A stretch of 64,000 nt of DNA, taken from the IMG/VR virus record IMGVR_UViG_3300005471_000012, positions 27,149 through 91,148 of that record; one strand, 5' to 3'. Both the position numbers and the translations under genes were made by a program. Position 1 is the first letter of the stretch; each line of letters opens with the position of its first letter. Below, one piece after another: positions 43,698-53,948 of this stretch. This DNA comes from a virus. The notes under the pieces are model-generated. The model was not told the origin of the DNA and did not search any database. It saw nothing but the letters and a program-made list of their open reading frames with translations.

Positions 43698-44717
43698 GTG
43701 GCGGGCCTGAGTAACACGATACCGCCGGACAACGTCGCCTCCGGGGACACCGGGCACATCGCAGCCCACAACAACATGTCCGACCTGTTCACCAACGCCG
43801 TGACCCGCTACAACATCCTGAATACGGCCTGGTCCGGGGGCGCGGACCCGACCGGGGCAGCGGATTCCACGGCGGCGATCAACGCAGCGCTGGCCGCCGC
43901 GCCTGCGGGGACCGTGGTGACCGGCCCGGCCGGGACATATAAGACGACCGCGCCGATAGTCGTGCCGAATTTCGTCGGGTTTCAGCTCAGGCCGATGCGG
44001 GCGATGGGCATCCCGATCGGGAACTACGGCATCGGCGGCCTGGCGCTGAACGGCGGCATCCTCAAGCCCTCATCGTCGTTTTCCGGCGCGGCCGTTGTCT
44101 CGATGATCGGCTCGGCGTCGCAGGGCGGCGGGCAGGACATCCGCGGCGTCACCATCGACGGCACTTCCCTGCCTGCCGGATCGGTGCACGGCATTTACGG
44201 GCATGGCGGCATCGGCGGGGTGACGCTCCGCGACAACCTCGTCTACCACGTCACAGGTAACGGGCTGCACTGCGACAGCGACGGCACCAGCCAGCCGGAT
44301 TTCTGGCATGTGATGGCATGCAAATTCTCCGGGAGTGGCGGCAAGGGCGTCAGCATCAGCGGCCTGGCTGACACGTGGTTCACCGACTGCGAGGCCACCG
44401 GAAATACCGGCGACGGCTGGAATATCACCAACGGGAACAACTGCCGGTATACGGCCTGCAAAGGCGAGGGCAGCACCGCGGGGTTCGGCTGGAACCTGAC
44501 CGGCGCGTCCGGGTACACGGGATTCATCGAATTCAGTAACTGCACCTCGGAACTGAACTCGTCGGGTGGATGGCAGCTGACCGGCACCGGCACCGGCACC
44601 TATTACCTGAATTTCTGTCACGCGAAAGAAACCCCGGCGTGGACGTACACAGGCACGAACAATGTCCGGTCCCCGGCCGCCTACGTCACGTCGACGTCGG
44701 CGCCGACGCTCAGCTGA
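43698..44717 (+). CDS. right-handed beta-helix (pectate-lyase-like) tailspike/depolymerase
   Basis: GADPTG..DST.AINAA...GTY motif; repeated G/N/C-rich beta rungs. Confidence 0.75.
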   Translation: MAGLSNTIPPDNVASGDTGHIAAHNNMSDLFTNAVTRYNILNTAWSGGADPTGAADSTAAINAALAAAPAGTVVTGPAGTYKTTAPIVVPNFVGFQLRPMRAMGIPIGNYGIGGLALNGGILKPSSSFSGAAVVSMIGSASQGGGQDIRGVTIDGTSLPAGSVHGIYGHGGIGGVTLRDNLVYHVTGNGLHCDSDGTSQPDFWHVMACKFSGSGGKGVSISGLADTWFTDCEATGNTGDGWNITNGNNCRYTACKGEGSTAGFGWNLTGASGYTGFIEFSNCTSELNSSGGWQLTGTGTGTYYLNFCHAKETPAWTYTGTNNVRSPAAYVTSTSAPTLS

Positions 44718-44748
44718 GCGGGCGGCGAGCCGCAGTGCGGGGTGAGGC

Positions 44749-47700
44749 GTGACCAGCGGCTACACCGACACCTACAGCGACATCTACGCCGGCGGCACTC
44801 CTGCCATCACGGTTGCCGGCTCGGCGTCGTTCGCGGTGCCCGCCACCACCGCGCAGCCGCCGCCCGCCACCCTGTCACTGCCCGTCGCCGTCACTAACAC
44901 GGCAGGCAACTGGATGGTCGCGGTCATCGCCTGGCGGGACCTGACCACCGGGCAGGCGGCCTCGCCGACGTTCACCGTCGCCGACGACGCGCACAACTGG
45001 TGGGAACCGCTGGTACCCGGGTCGTCGACGAGCAGCGCCACGGGCGGCACTCGCTGCTCGATCTGGGTCGCGCCCGCGGCGAAAGCCGCCAAAAGCGTCT
45101 ATGTTGCGCCGACCGGGTTCAGCATGGCGTACGCGGCCACGATCTACGACGTCGGCGGCATGCAGCCCTGGGTGTCAACGTCTGCGGTGACCGCAGTCGC
45201 CAACGCGGGCACCACCATCACGGGAACTCTCGCCCCCGGCGCATCGGCGGTCATTTTCACAGTGTCCGGGTCCGACAACCTGTCCGACACGGTAAGCCTC
45301 ACCGGCAGTGGCTGGTCACCGGTGACCTCGGTCACGGCGAGCAACGGCACCGACCACACCGCTGACATCAACTGCGCGTCGGCCTGGCAGGTCGCCAGCA
45401 GTTCGGTGACCGCGACATGGAACTCGACCGGGGCCCTCAACTTCTCCGAAGCGGTCGGCGCCGCGCTGGTAGCCGCGAACCCGCTCACGCCCGCGTCGCC
45501 GCACTGGCCGGTCACGATCCTCGAATGCGCGCCCGGCGGCGGGGTGCAGACCCCGCCCGATCAGTTGTCATGGACGCCGATGACCGCCCAGTACATGCGG
45601 TTCGACTTCACCCAGGGCCGGCAATACGAAACCGCGCAACTGTCAACAGGCGAGGGCACGCTGCTGCTGGACAACCCGGCCGGCGCGCTGATCCCGCCCG
45701 GCACCGGGGCGTTCTCCGGGATCACCGTCGGCACCCCGGTCCGGTTGCGGACCGCGTGGCAGGGCGGCTCGTGGCAGGTGTCTTTCCACGGCGACGGGAC
45801 GACAGCCGGCCCGCAGATCGACACCGGGCAGATTTTCGCCGTCAGCCCCGGCGCGACGTACAGCGTGTCAGCGTGGCTGGCCTGCTCGCCCGCCTACGCG
45901 TCCGGGGTGACGCTGCAACTCAAATGGCACACCAGCGGCGGCACCCTCATCTCGACCGTGACCTCAGCGGCCGTGACCACGCAGACCGCGGCGCTGGCCA
46001 CCGCAGCCGGTGTGGCACCGGGCACCGCGGCACTGGCCAACGTCATCATCGGCGCGGCCGGGACCCCGCCGGCCGCCACCACGTTCTACGCGGCCGCCGC
46101 CCAGGGTACCCCGGCGGTGAGCGGCTACCTGACGATCCCGGCCGGCGTCTCGTGGGCAGCCGAAAACGGGGCCACCCGGGCCGCGCTCGGCTCCTGGCAG
46201 CCCGACCCGAACGGGCCACCCGACGTGACGCCCTGGTACCTGCCGTTCTCCGGGTTCATCGAGCGGCTGCCGCAAGGCTGGGACGACCAGTACCGCGGTG
46301 TCACCGAGGCGTCGGTCACCGACGCATGGTTCGGCGCCAACTACGTACCGCAGCCCATCCTGATCACCGAGATCCTCAACGATCAGCCGTACGCGTACTG
46401 GCCGTGCACGGACCAGGCCGGGGCCTCGGTGGCGTCGAACCTCGCACCGGGAAACAGCAGCACGCTGAACGTCACCCAATCCAAATACGGCGCGGGCGGC
46501 GCGACGGAAACCTTCGGGCAGAACGGCAGCGCGCTGCTCGGCGCCCAGTCCACCACCCTGATCACCACCGGATTCCGGATCACGCACGAAGGCGGCATGT
46601 GGGGGCAGGCACTCGCCGGAGGAACCCCGACTGGCACCCAGCTTGACCAGGGGTACGCGCTCACCTGCACCGACACCAGCTTCCCGGCGGTCAGCGCCGG
46701 GGTCACCATCGAAGGCTGGTGGCAGGTCGACGTCATCAACAACAACACGAACAACTCGGCGCTGCTGTGGGCGGTCAACTACGCCCAGACCGTGCCGAGC
46801 CTTGCCACGCCCGGCTTCCTGTACCTGCAGGCCAATGGCAGCGGCGGCGGCCCGGCCGCCAGCCTTGAACTCGACTACGTTGACGCCGCCGGGACATTTC
46901 ACGGCGCCAACATCGTTGCCAGCAGCCTGGCAACCGGGGTCCACCACGTAGCGGTCGCTTTCACGCAGGCTGCCTACACCGTCTACGTTAACGGCGTTTC
47001 CTCCGCATCCGGGTCGTTCGCCGGCGGCGGCCTGAAATCAGGCCGGTTCACCACCCTTGTCGTCTCCGGGGCGAACGTCCTGAACACCACCGTCACCATC
47101 CCCGGATTCGGCGGATCCACCGGCCACATCGCCGTTCATTCCCGCCTGCTGCCGCAGCCCCGGATCCTCACCCACTACCAGGCCGGGATCACCGCGCTGG
47201 CCGGCGAGCCGGCGCACTACCGGATCGAGCGGATCCTCGACGCAGGCAACGCCACCGGCCGCCGTCTCATCATGGCCGAAACCGGGAACTCGGTCACCGC
47301 GGTCACGTCCTGCCAGGACATCCCCGGCCAGCCCGCCTCCGCGTCGGTCAACAACATCGTCGGGGACCTGCTGCCCGGCATCTTCGCGATCACCCCGAAC
47401 GGCGACATGTTCCTGCTCGCCCGCCAGCAGGCCTGGGACCAGCCGGTCCCGTGGACACTCGGCGACAGCGTCGCGGCGGGCGAGATCCCGTACGAGAACG
47501 GCATCGCGTTCGACTACGACCCGTCCCGGGTGCAGAACCAGATCCAGCTCACCCAGCTCGACAACCAGGACACCATCGGCCCGTCCGACATCGCCGCCGA
47601 GAACGCCTCCCAGGCGCAGATCGGCACCATCTCCAACCTGGCCACCGGGTACCTCGAAGGCGACGCCCTGTCAGCGCTCACCGCCGGGCCCGGTTTGTAT

Positions 47701-48036
47701 GACCTGGCGAACTGGCTGGCCACCACCTACGGCCAGCCGGCGCTGCGGCTCACCCAGGTCACCGTCAACGCCGCCTCCCAGCCGGCGGCGTGGCCGTTCG
47801 TGCTCGGCGCCTCCGCAACCGACATGGCCACCGTGAACCGCCGTCAGTTCGGCGGCAGCCCGCTGATTTCCGTCACCGGCCGGATCACCCAGGTGCAGCG
47901 CAGCTTCCAGTTCTCCGAAGCCGGGTTCACCGGGACACTGCAATGCATCGTCGACTCGGCACCCGAGGAGAACGCGCTGACCGCCGACGACCCGGCTCGC
48001 GGGCAACTGACCGGAAGCAACGTCCTGGCGTGGTAG
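44749..48036 (+). CDS. large tail tip/hub protein with carbohydrate-binding and LamG-like insertions
   Basis: GRQYE..Q...G...L.LDN hub motif; VSPG.TY.VSAW (CBM-like); P.AYWP, TIEGW, HHVAV..VYVNG (LamG). Confidence 0.7.
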   Translation: MTSGYTDTYSDIYAGGTPAITVAGSASFAVPATTAQPPPATLSLPVAVTNTAGNWMVAVIAWRDLTTGQAASPTFTVADDAHNWWEPLVPGSSTSSATGGTRCSIWVAPAAKAAKSVYVAPTGFSMAYAATIYDVGGMQPWVSTSAVTAVANAGTTITGTLAPGASAVIFTVSGSDNLSDTVSLTGSGWSPVTSVTASNGTDHTADINCASAWQVASSSVTATWNSTGALNFSEAVGAALVAANPLTPASPHWPVTILECAPGGGVQTPPDQLSWTPMTAQYMRFDFTQGRQYETAQLSTGEGTLLLDNPAGALIPPGTGAFSGITVGTPVRLRTAWQGGSWQVSFHGDGTTAGPQIDTGQIFAVSPGATYSVSAWLACSPAYASGVTLQLKWHTSGGTLISTVTSAAVTTQTAALATAAGVAPGTAALANVIIGAAGTPPAATTFYAAAAQGTPAVSGYLTIPAGVSWAAENGATRAALGSWQPDPNGPPDVTPWYLPFSGFIERLPQGWDDQYRGVTEASVTDAWFGANYVPQPILITEILNDQPYAYWPCTDQAGASVASNLAPGNSSTLNVTQSKYGAGGATETFGQNGSALLGAQSTTLITTGFRITHEGGMWGQALAGGTPTGTQLDQGYALTCTDTSFPAVSAGVTIEGWWQVDVINNNTNNSALLWAVNYAQTVPSLATPGFLYLQANGSGGGPAASLELDYVDAAGTFHGANIVASSLATGVHHVAVAFTQAAYTVYVNGVSSASGSFAGGGLKSGRFTTLVVSGANVLNTTVTIPGFGGSTGHIAVHSRLLPQPRILTHYQAGITALAGEPAHYRIERILDAGNATGRRLIMAETGNSVTAVTSCQDIPGQPASASVNNIVGDLLPGIFAITPNGDMFLLARQQAWDQPVPWTLGDSVAAGEIPYENGIAFDYDPSRVQNQIQLTQLDNQDTIGPSDIAAENASQAQIGTISNLATGYLEGDALSALTAGPGLYDLANWLATTYGQPALRLTQVTVNAASQPAAWPFVLGASATDMATVNRRQFGGSPLISVTGRITQVQRSFQFSEAGFTGTLQCIVDSAPEENALTADDPARGQLTGSNVLAW

Positions 48037-48060
48037 GAACCGGCAGGGGGCTGGCCTGAC

Positions 48061-49209
48061 ATGCCCCTGCCGGTCCTGCCCGCCCCGGTCACCTGGTCAG
48101 CGGGCGTCATCCCCGCGCCGCAGCTGCGCGCCGACGTGTCCGACTGCGTGGCGCTGCTCAGGTCACGGCCCATGTTCGTCGGCCAGCAGACCACCGGCCA
48201 GTCCATTGCCACGTCGGCGGAGACCGCGGTCACCCTGGACGCCGAGCTTTTCGACAACTGGAACGGCCACCAGGTCAGCACCGCCTCCTCCAAGTATTTC
48301 GGCATGTTCGCAGGCTGGTACCTCGCCGAAGGGTCCGTGCCGCTGAGTTTCACCGGCGGCACCAACACGATGAGCGCCCTGATAGGCGGCGTGCAGAATG
48401 CCGGCACGGCAACGAACTTCGGCGGTCAGCGGCTCGCCAACGACTCCGGCCGGCAGACCGTGGCCACCGCCGCGAAACTGATGAAAATGCAGCAGGTCGG
48501 CACCTTCAACGGCGCCGGCAACGACTACGTGCAGCTGATCGCATACCAGGGGACCGGGTCTAGCCAGACCCTGTCCAGCGACGCCACCAAATTCCCGTAC
48601 CTGCACGTCCGGTGGGTGTCGGCCCTGTCGGGCACGCAACCCCTCGCAGTGCCCGCCAACCCCGCCTGGCCGCCGCCGCCGTCCTATATCACCAGCAGTT
48701 TCCTGAACGCGAACATCCGGGACACGATCAGGTTCCTGGTCTACCCGCCGGTTTTCGAATGCGCGCAGAACTCGGCGCAGAGCCTTGCCTCGGCCACCAG
48801 CGTCCCCGCGACCGGCACGACGATCACCATGGGCTCCGGGGTCGTCGTCGACAACTACGGCGCCTACAGCACCAGCACCAGCACCTGGACCGCGCCGGTG
48901 GCCGGCGTCTACTACTGCTACGGCGTCGTCGGGCTCACCGTCGGCGCCAACACCGTGTCGATGGGCGCCGGCCTGACGGTCAGCAGCGCGAACTACAACA
49001 ACGGGACGGCGTTCACGATCTGGGGCGGCACGATGAACACCCTCGCGTCCGCGGTCCAGGCCAATAACGTGCGCCGGCGGCTGCGGCTCAACGCCGGGGA
49101 CACTATCAAACTCGCCGGTTTCCAGCGTGACAGCACGTCGGCGGCCGCGACAGTCAACAACTCCGGTGACTGGCAGCCGAGGCTGATCATCGTCTGGGAA
49201 GCCGCCTGA
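48061..49209 (+). CDS. minor tail protein with two C1q/TNF-like domains
   Basis: FD.E.FDN; WTAPVAGVY; RLNAGDTI motifs. Confidence 0.65.
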   Translation: MPLPVLPAPVTWSAGVIPAPQLRADVSDCVALLRSRPMFVGQQTTGQSIATSAETAVTLDAELFDNWNGHQVSTASSKYFGMFAGWYLAEGSVPLSFTGGTNTMSALIGGVQNAGTATNFGGQRLANDSGRQTVATAAKLMKMQQVGTFNGAGNDYVQLIAYQGTGSSQTLSSDATKFPYLHVRWVSALSGTQPLAVPANPAWPPPPSYITSSFLNANIRDTIRFLVYPPVFECAQNSAQSLASATSVPATGTTITMGSGVVVDNYGAYSTSTSTWTAPVAGVYYCYGVVGLTVGANTVSMGAGLTVSSANYNNGTAFTIWGGTMNTLASAVQANNVRRRLRLNAGDTIKLAGFQRDSTSAAATVNNSGDWQPRLIIVWEAA

Positions 49210-49210
49210 C

Positions 49211-50353
49211 ATGCCGTTCGGCACCCCTTACCTGCTCGGCTCCGGCACCCCGGCCGCCACTGCGGCCATCATCGTCACAGTCACCACGGCGTCGCTGGCC
49301 GGGGACATCATCAGCGTCCACATCGGCCAGTCATCCGGGTCCGGGGAAACCGTAGCCTCGGTCACCGACAGCGCCGGGAACAGTTACGGCCCGATCACCA
49401 GCCAGTCCACGCCGCAGCCGGCGGCGTTCTGGCAGGCATCCACCGGGACCGCGCTGCCCGCCGGCGGCACGGTCACGGTCACGTTCACCGGGGCGGCGTC
49501 CACGAAGCTGATTGCCGTCACCGGCGTGCCCGGCGGGGCGCTGCTCGACCAGGTCAACCCGGCTGGCGGCACTTCGGCCACGCCGTCCGTGTCCACCCCG
49601 GCGGCGATGGCAGCCGTTCCCGAAATCGCGCTGGCAACGTTCTGCAGCGCGAACGGGGGCGGTTCGCCGGCGCTGGCCGCCGGCTGGACGTCGCTGGCCC
49701 TGGTGCACACCGGGACCACGCCGTACCTGCAAGTGGCGTGGAAGAAGACTGTCAGCCAGGCCGTGATCACCGCATCGGAGACGATCACCAGCGCGGCCTG
49801 GGGCGCGCTGATCACCACTATTGTCCCGGCGACCCTGCCGCCGCCGCAGATCCCCGTCTTCCCGGCCGGGTTCGGGCCGCTGCCCGCCGACTTCAACAAC
49901 TGGGTCCAGGCGACCCTCGGGTTCTGCACCGCGGGACTGCTCCTGCGCGCCGAACAGCAAGCAGGCGGCGGGCAGGCCATCACCGCCAGCACCTTTACGT
50001 CGATCACGTATGACACGGTCCTCGAAGACCCCTACCAGGGCTGGGACCCGGTCAACCACAAGTACGTGGTGCCGTACACCGGCTGGTACGAGATCACCAT
50101 GGGCTACAGCATCGTCTCAGCTAGCGCGACCATCGAGGCCGTGCCGATCATAAGCGGCACCACCCGGTATGAGTTGTCCGAACTGACCTGCGTGTCGAAC
50201 ACTCTGGGCGGGGCCGGCGCGTCCCTGGTCGTGCCGCTGATCGGCGGCATTGATTCCGTCCGGGGGCAGGCGTGGTCCTCGGCGAACGTGACAACAGACA
50301 CCACCGCCGCCGGCCGGTTCCCGTGGCTGGAAGTCACTTACATCTCCCAGTAG
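49211..50353 (+). CDS. minor tail protein
   Basis: SVTDS.GN.Y beta domain plus a C1q-like C-terminus (Y.VP.TGWY). Confidence 0.65.
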   Translation: MPFGTPYLLGSGTPAATAAIIVTVTTASLAGDIISVHIGQSSGSGETVASVTDSAGNSYGPITSQSTPQPAAFWQASTGTALPAGGTVTVTFTGAASTKLIAVTGVPGGALLDQVNPAGGTSATPSVSTPAAMAAVPEIALATFCSANGGGSPALAAGWTSLALVHTGTTPYLQVAWKKTVSQAVITASETITSAAWGALITTIVPATLPPPQIPVFPAGFGPLPADFNNWVQATLGFCTAGLLLRAEQQAGGGQAITASTFTSITYDTVLEDPYQGWDPVNHKYVVPYTGWYEITMGYSIVSASATIEAVPIISGTTRYELSELTCVSNTLGGAGASLVVPLIGGIDSVRGQAWSSANVTTDTTAAGRFPWLEVTYISQ

Positions 50354-50381
50354 CCGCAGCCCGGCAGGAGGCGAACTCCGG

Positions 50382-50861
50382 TTGAAATGGCTGACGCGTG
50401 CCTCCTACCCGATGGTGGCAGGGAAACTCAACCTGTCCGTCATGTCGGCCGCGTTCACCATCTTCGGCCTGTCCCTCATCTTCCAGGCGCACCGCTGGGG
50501 TTCCACCCCGGCATACCATGTCCTGCTGCTCATCTTCCGGGCGCAGGCATGGGGTGCGCTGTTCCTGCTGTCCGGGCTCGCCATGGGCCTGGCCGTATGG
50601 CAGTTCGAGCGGCGCCCGGTGGTCGTCGCATCGCTGACGCTGGCGTTCTGCCTGACCACCGGCTGGATGCTGGCCTTCATCGTCCGCTACCTGACCAGCC
50701 CTAACACCACCCCGGAAACCTGGGTCTCGTGGGCAGTGTTCGAATTCCTCCTGCTAAAAGTGTCGATAAGCATTGACCGGATCCCGGACGCTGTTCCCCC
50801 GGCAGAGGAGGCTTACGCGCGGCCGGCAGGCCAGCCCGCGCAACCCCCGGACGGGCAGTGA
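50382..50861 (+). CDS. four-TM membrane protein (holin-region candidate)
   Basis: Four hydrophobic segments; AGGAGG RBS. Confidence 0.6.
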   Translation: MKWLTRASYPMVAGKLNLSVMSAAFTIFGLSLIFQAHRWGSTPAYHVLLLIFRAQAWGALFLLSGLAMGLAVWQFERRPVVVASLTLAFCLTTGWMLAFIVRYLTSPNTTPETWVSWAVFEFLLLKVSISIDRIPDAVPPAEEAYARPAGQPAQPPDGQ

Positions 50862-51196
50862 CCGTCATGGCGGCCGGCGGCGGCCCGGACGCCGTCACCC
50901 TGGTCACGGGCATCGTCCTGGCGCTCGCCGCGATCGTCTCGTCGCTGACACCGCTGGTCCTGGCCCGCCGCCGCGCCCGCAAGGAGGCCATCGCCGCGTC
51001 CGCAGCGGCCGCGGTGAACAGCAGCGACCTCACCCTGGCCAGCTGGACGGCGCTGAACGCGGCCCTGCAGAAGGAAATCTCGCGGCTGCAGAGCGTCATC
51101 GACCGGATGCAGTCGCGTATCGACCTGCTCGAATCGGAGATCAAGGAACTGCAGAAACTGGCCATGGGGGCCCGTAAGGATTCCCGCGGTGCCTGA
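50858..51196 (+). CDS. single-TM coiled-coil protein
   Basis: N-terminal TM segment plus heptad repeats. Confidence 0.65.
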   Translation: MTVMAAGGGPDAVTLVTGIVLALAAIVSSLTPLVLARRRARKEAIAASAAAAVNSSDLTLASWTALNAALQKEISRLQSVIDRMQSRIDLLESEIKELQKLAMGARKDSRGA

Positions 51197-51515
51197 TCTT
51201 GCGTTCGTTTTCCTGCTCGTGTCCTGCCTGTCCCTGGTTTTCCAGTTGCTGGCGTTCATCCGCCTGGCCGCCCGGCGGGCGCGGACGCCGGCAGAGGAAC
51301 TTGTCGGCGGCGGGTACCTGCGCACCGTTGCCTGCCGTGTCCTCGCGGCAACGATTTACGTGGTCGTGGCCGCGATCCAGTTCGCCGGAGCCGGGACGCT
51401 GTCCGCCGAGGCCCTGATCGTCTTCACGTCGGTGCAGGTCATCTGGCAGGTGAATTCAGTGCTTGACATACGGATCCGCCGCAGCCTGAGCCAGGGGCCG
51501 CCAGATGGCCGCTGA
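51189..51515 (+). CDS. three-TM membrane protein
   Basis: Hydrophobic segments; overlaps neighbouring genes. Confidence 0.6.
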   Translation: MPDLAFVFLLVSCLSLVFQLLAFIRLAARRARTPAEELVGGGYLRTVACRVLAATIYVVVAAIQFAGAGTLSAEALIVFTSVQVIWQVNSVLDIRIRRSLSQGPPDGR

Positions 51516-51657
51516 CGAAACCCGGCAGCTGGCCAGCATTGCCGCAGTCGCCGAGGACCTGGACAAACTGCTGGACAGGCTGTTCGAGAACGTCGCCGAG
51601 CTGAAAACCATTCTCGCTCGCGCTGGGTCCGGGAAGGAACAGGAGGGCGGTAAGTGA
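51505..51657 (+). CDS. small coiled-coil protein (50 aa)
   Basis: MAADETRQL..; fills the gap and is GTGA-coupled to the next gene. Confidence 0.5.
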   Translation: MAADETRQLASIAAVAEDLDKLLDRLFENVAELKTILARAGSGKEQEGGK

Positions 51658-52163
51658 GCGAGAGCGAGCCACGCCCCTGGCCGCAACTCGGCGAGACAGG
51701 CGAGTCGCTGGCACCCGCCGGGGATGCCGTCTCTGCCGCCGAGGGCCTCACCGGCGCGCTGGGGCAGATGCGGGACGAGTTCCAGAGCATGCGCGGTGAG
51801 CTGACGGCCACCCGCCAGGCCAGCGAGGAACGCGACGCGAACCTGCGCAAGGGTGCTCGCCGCACCCGGAAAATGATCATCGGGCTGGTGCTGTCGCTGA
51901 TCCTCGACGTGACGCTGACCGTCGTGGTCAGCGTGATCGTCGCCCAGCAGCACAGCGCCCAGGTCGCGGCATGCCGGATAGGCAACCAGGCCCGGACGCA
52001 GCAGATCCAGCTGTGGACCCACCTGGTCGCCATTTCGAAGGCGCCCCCGGGCGAGACCGCGGCGCAGCGCCGGGCCCGGGAGGAAACCATCACCGGGTTC
52101 CTTGACTACGTGAAGCGCTCGTTCGCGCCGCGTAACTGCAGCCGTATCTACCGGCTGCCGTAG
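51654..52163 (+). CDS. single-TM membrane protein
   Basis: AGGAGG RBS; one TM segment; extracytoplasmic Cys pair. Confidence 0.65.
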   Translation: MSESEPRPWPQLGETGESLAPAGDAVSAAEGLTGALGQMRDEFQSMRGELTATRQASEERDANLRKGARRTRKMIIGLVLSLILDVTLTVVVSVIVAQQHSAQVAACRIGNQARTQQIQLWTHLVAISKAPPGETAAQRRAREETITGFLDYVKRSFAPRNCSRIYRLP

Positions 52164-52186
52164 GCGGCTCACCGGCCCGCCCGCCC

Positions 52187-52212
52187 GGCCCCGCCACCCG
52201 GCGGGGCCTTTC
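52187..52212 (+). terminator. terminator-like hairpin
   Basis: GGCCCCGCC / GGCGGGGCC followed by TTT. Confidence 0.55.
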
Positions 52213-52239
52213 GCTTGCCAGATTCGGGAGGTCGTCTCC

Positions 52240-52407
52240 TTGTTCGCAGTTCTCGCAGTGGTCGCATTCGCGATCGCATTTATTTTGCGCGTCGTCGCGC
52301 ACAACGACGCCCGCATCGTCACCGACGCCCTGATCCTCGGCTTCCTGCTCATCGCCGCGCACCTGGCCTGGGGCGTCTCGGTGCCGTGGCGACGGCCGCC
52401 GGCCTGA
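52240..52407 (+). CDS. small two-TM membrane protein (55 aa)
   Basis: GGGAGG RBS; TTG start; LFAVLAVVAFAIAFIL.. Confidence 0.55.
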   Translation: MFAVLAVVAFAIAFILRVVAHNDARIVTDALILGFLLIAAHLAWGVSVPWRRPPA

Positions 52408-52441
52408 CATCCCTGTCCGCACCCCCCCGGAAGGGGCAGCT

Positions 52442-52990
52442 TTGGCAACCCCGGAAATTACCAGGCCCGAGGCGCTGCGGCTGGCCGTCCAGCTGCACGC
52501 ATCGCAGGACCACGGTTTCCCGTTCGACCGCCGCTCGATCACCGAGCGGGTCATCGAGACCGCCGGCCAGTTCTCTGCCTGGCTGCTCGCCGCCCCGGCC
52601 CGGCTCGTGCTCCGGGCCGCTCCTTTCACCTTCGAGCAGGGGCCGCCCGGTCCCGGCACGCCCACCAGGCATCACCAAACAGGAGGAACAGTGTCCGTAA
52701 CGATGACCGACAGCCAGCAGGTCACTTACACCGTCGAGCCGGAAGACAGCAAGGGCTTCGCTGTCTCCGACACCATCACATGGTCATCCGACGACGCCGG
52801 CGCCGTGCTGACCGTCACGGTGTCCGACGACGGCCTGTCGGCGACGTTCGCGGCCGTGGCACCGGGCACGGCCACCATCTCGGCGACCGACGGCACCCTG
52901 TCCGCGTCGGACCTGATCACGGTCACGGCCGGCGGCGTCGCGTCGCTGGTGCTCACGCCAGGCACCCCGGCAGACGAGCCCGCTGCCTGA
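52442..52990 (+). CDS. Ig-like (Big_2-type) domain protein; possible internal start at 52691
   Basis: ITWSSDD..V.TV......A..PGTATI.AT motif. Confidence 0.65.
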   Translation: MATPEITRPEALRLAVQLHASQDHGFPFDRRSITERVIETAGQFSAWLLAAPARLVLRAAPFTFEQGPPGPGTPTRHHQTGGTVSVTMTDSQQVTYTVEPEDSKGFAVSDTITWSSDDAGAVLTVTVSDDGLSATFAAVAPGTATISATDGTLSASDLITVTAGGVASLVLTPGTPADEPAA

Positions 52991-53004
52991 CCCAGGCGTG
53001 AAAC

Positions 53005-53301
53005 GTGGTGTCCCGGCCCGCGGCAGCCTCCCTTGTCGCGGGCCGGGACACCCGCCCGGGGGAGGGCTACTTGACCGTAATGGGCGGCCCGTACATCAGC
53101 GCCGGAGCCCGGCACGCGTTCATCCGCGACACCTGCCTGGCCGAATGCCTGGACACCGGCTGCGGCTGGCATGCCAGGGGCACCCCGGGCGCGCTCGCCG
53201 GGCAGGCCGGGAGGCACGCCGACCAGGCCGGGCATCTGGTGCAGATCACCCGCACCCATGTCACCGAAGTCCGGCCGCGCCGCTGGGCGGGTGAATGGTG
53301 A
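53005..53301 (+). CDS. hypothetical Zn-finger-like protein
   Basis: C...CGW...H...GH. Confidence 0.4.
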   Translation: MVSRPAAASLVAGRDTRPGEGYLTVMGGPYISAGARHAFIRDTCLAECLDTGCGWHARGTPGALAGQAGRHADQAGHLVQITRTHVTEVRPRRWAGEW

Positions 53302-53948
53302 TGCCTTCTGTCGGAGTGGACTTCGACGGCGTGATTCACTGCTACGGCAAAGGCTGGCAGGACGGCAGCATTTACGACGTGCCCGTGGAAGGCGCGTTCG
53401 ACGCCCTGCGCGAGCTCATGGCCGCATATTCGGTGTTCATTTTCACCACCCGCACCCCGGTCGCGGCGGTAGCCGGGTGGATCACCGCCCAGTCGGGGAT
53501 CCCGTGCACCACTGAAGGCGGCGAGACCGGGTTCTGGAATACGCGCGGCACGGTCCTGGTCACCGGCCGGAAACTCGCCGCGGTCGCCTACATCGATGAC
53601 CGGGGGATCCGGTTCCGGTCCTGGCCGCAGGCACTCGGCGACCTTAGCGCTTACGAAGCCGAATACTGGACACGGCCCGCGGCCGAGGCTGAAGCCGCGC
53701 CTGGTCACATGAAACGGTTCGTCTGCTACCGGCCGCGGCCGCCGCAGGAATACACCGCGAAAGGGCTGGCCAACCCGCCCGGCGAACCGCAGTTCGAAGG
53801 GGTCGTGTTCTCCGACGGGACCTGCAGCGTGCGGTGGCTCACCGCGCAGGCCTCCCATTCGGTATGGGGATCGTGGGCCGACCTCGACCGCGTGCACGGC
53901 CACCCCGAATACGGCACCGTCATCAAATGGCTGGACGGTGAACCGTGA
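53295..53948 (+). CDS. HAD-family phosphatase-like domain fused to a second phage domain
   Basis: VGVDFDGVIH; IFTTR; K.AA.AYIDDR; C-terminal EGV.FSDG...RW....S....HGH domain. Confidence 0.7.
   Translation: MVMPSVGVDFDGVIHCYGKGWQDGSIYDVPVEGAFDALRELMAAYSVFIFTTRTPVAAVAGWITAQSGIPCTTEGGETGFWNTRGTVLVTGRKLAAVAYIDDRGIRFRSWPQALGDLSAYEAEYWTRPAAEAEAAPGHMKRFVCYRPRPPQEYTAKGLANPPGEPQFEGVVFSDGTCSVRWLTAQASHSVWGSWADLDRVHGHPEYGTVIKWLDGEP

Noticed and set aside
44749-50353. Diversity-generating retroelement or invertible tail-fibre cassette
   Set aside because: No reverse transcriptase, no TR/VR-like repeat pair and no inverted gene copies seen near the tail genes
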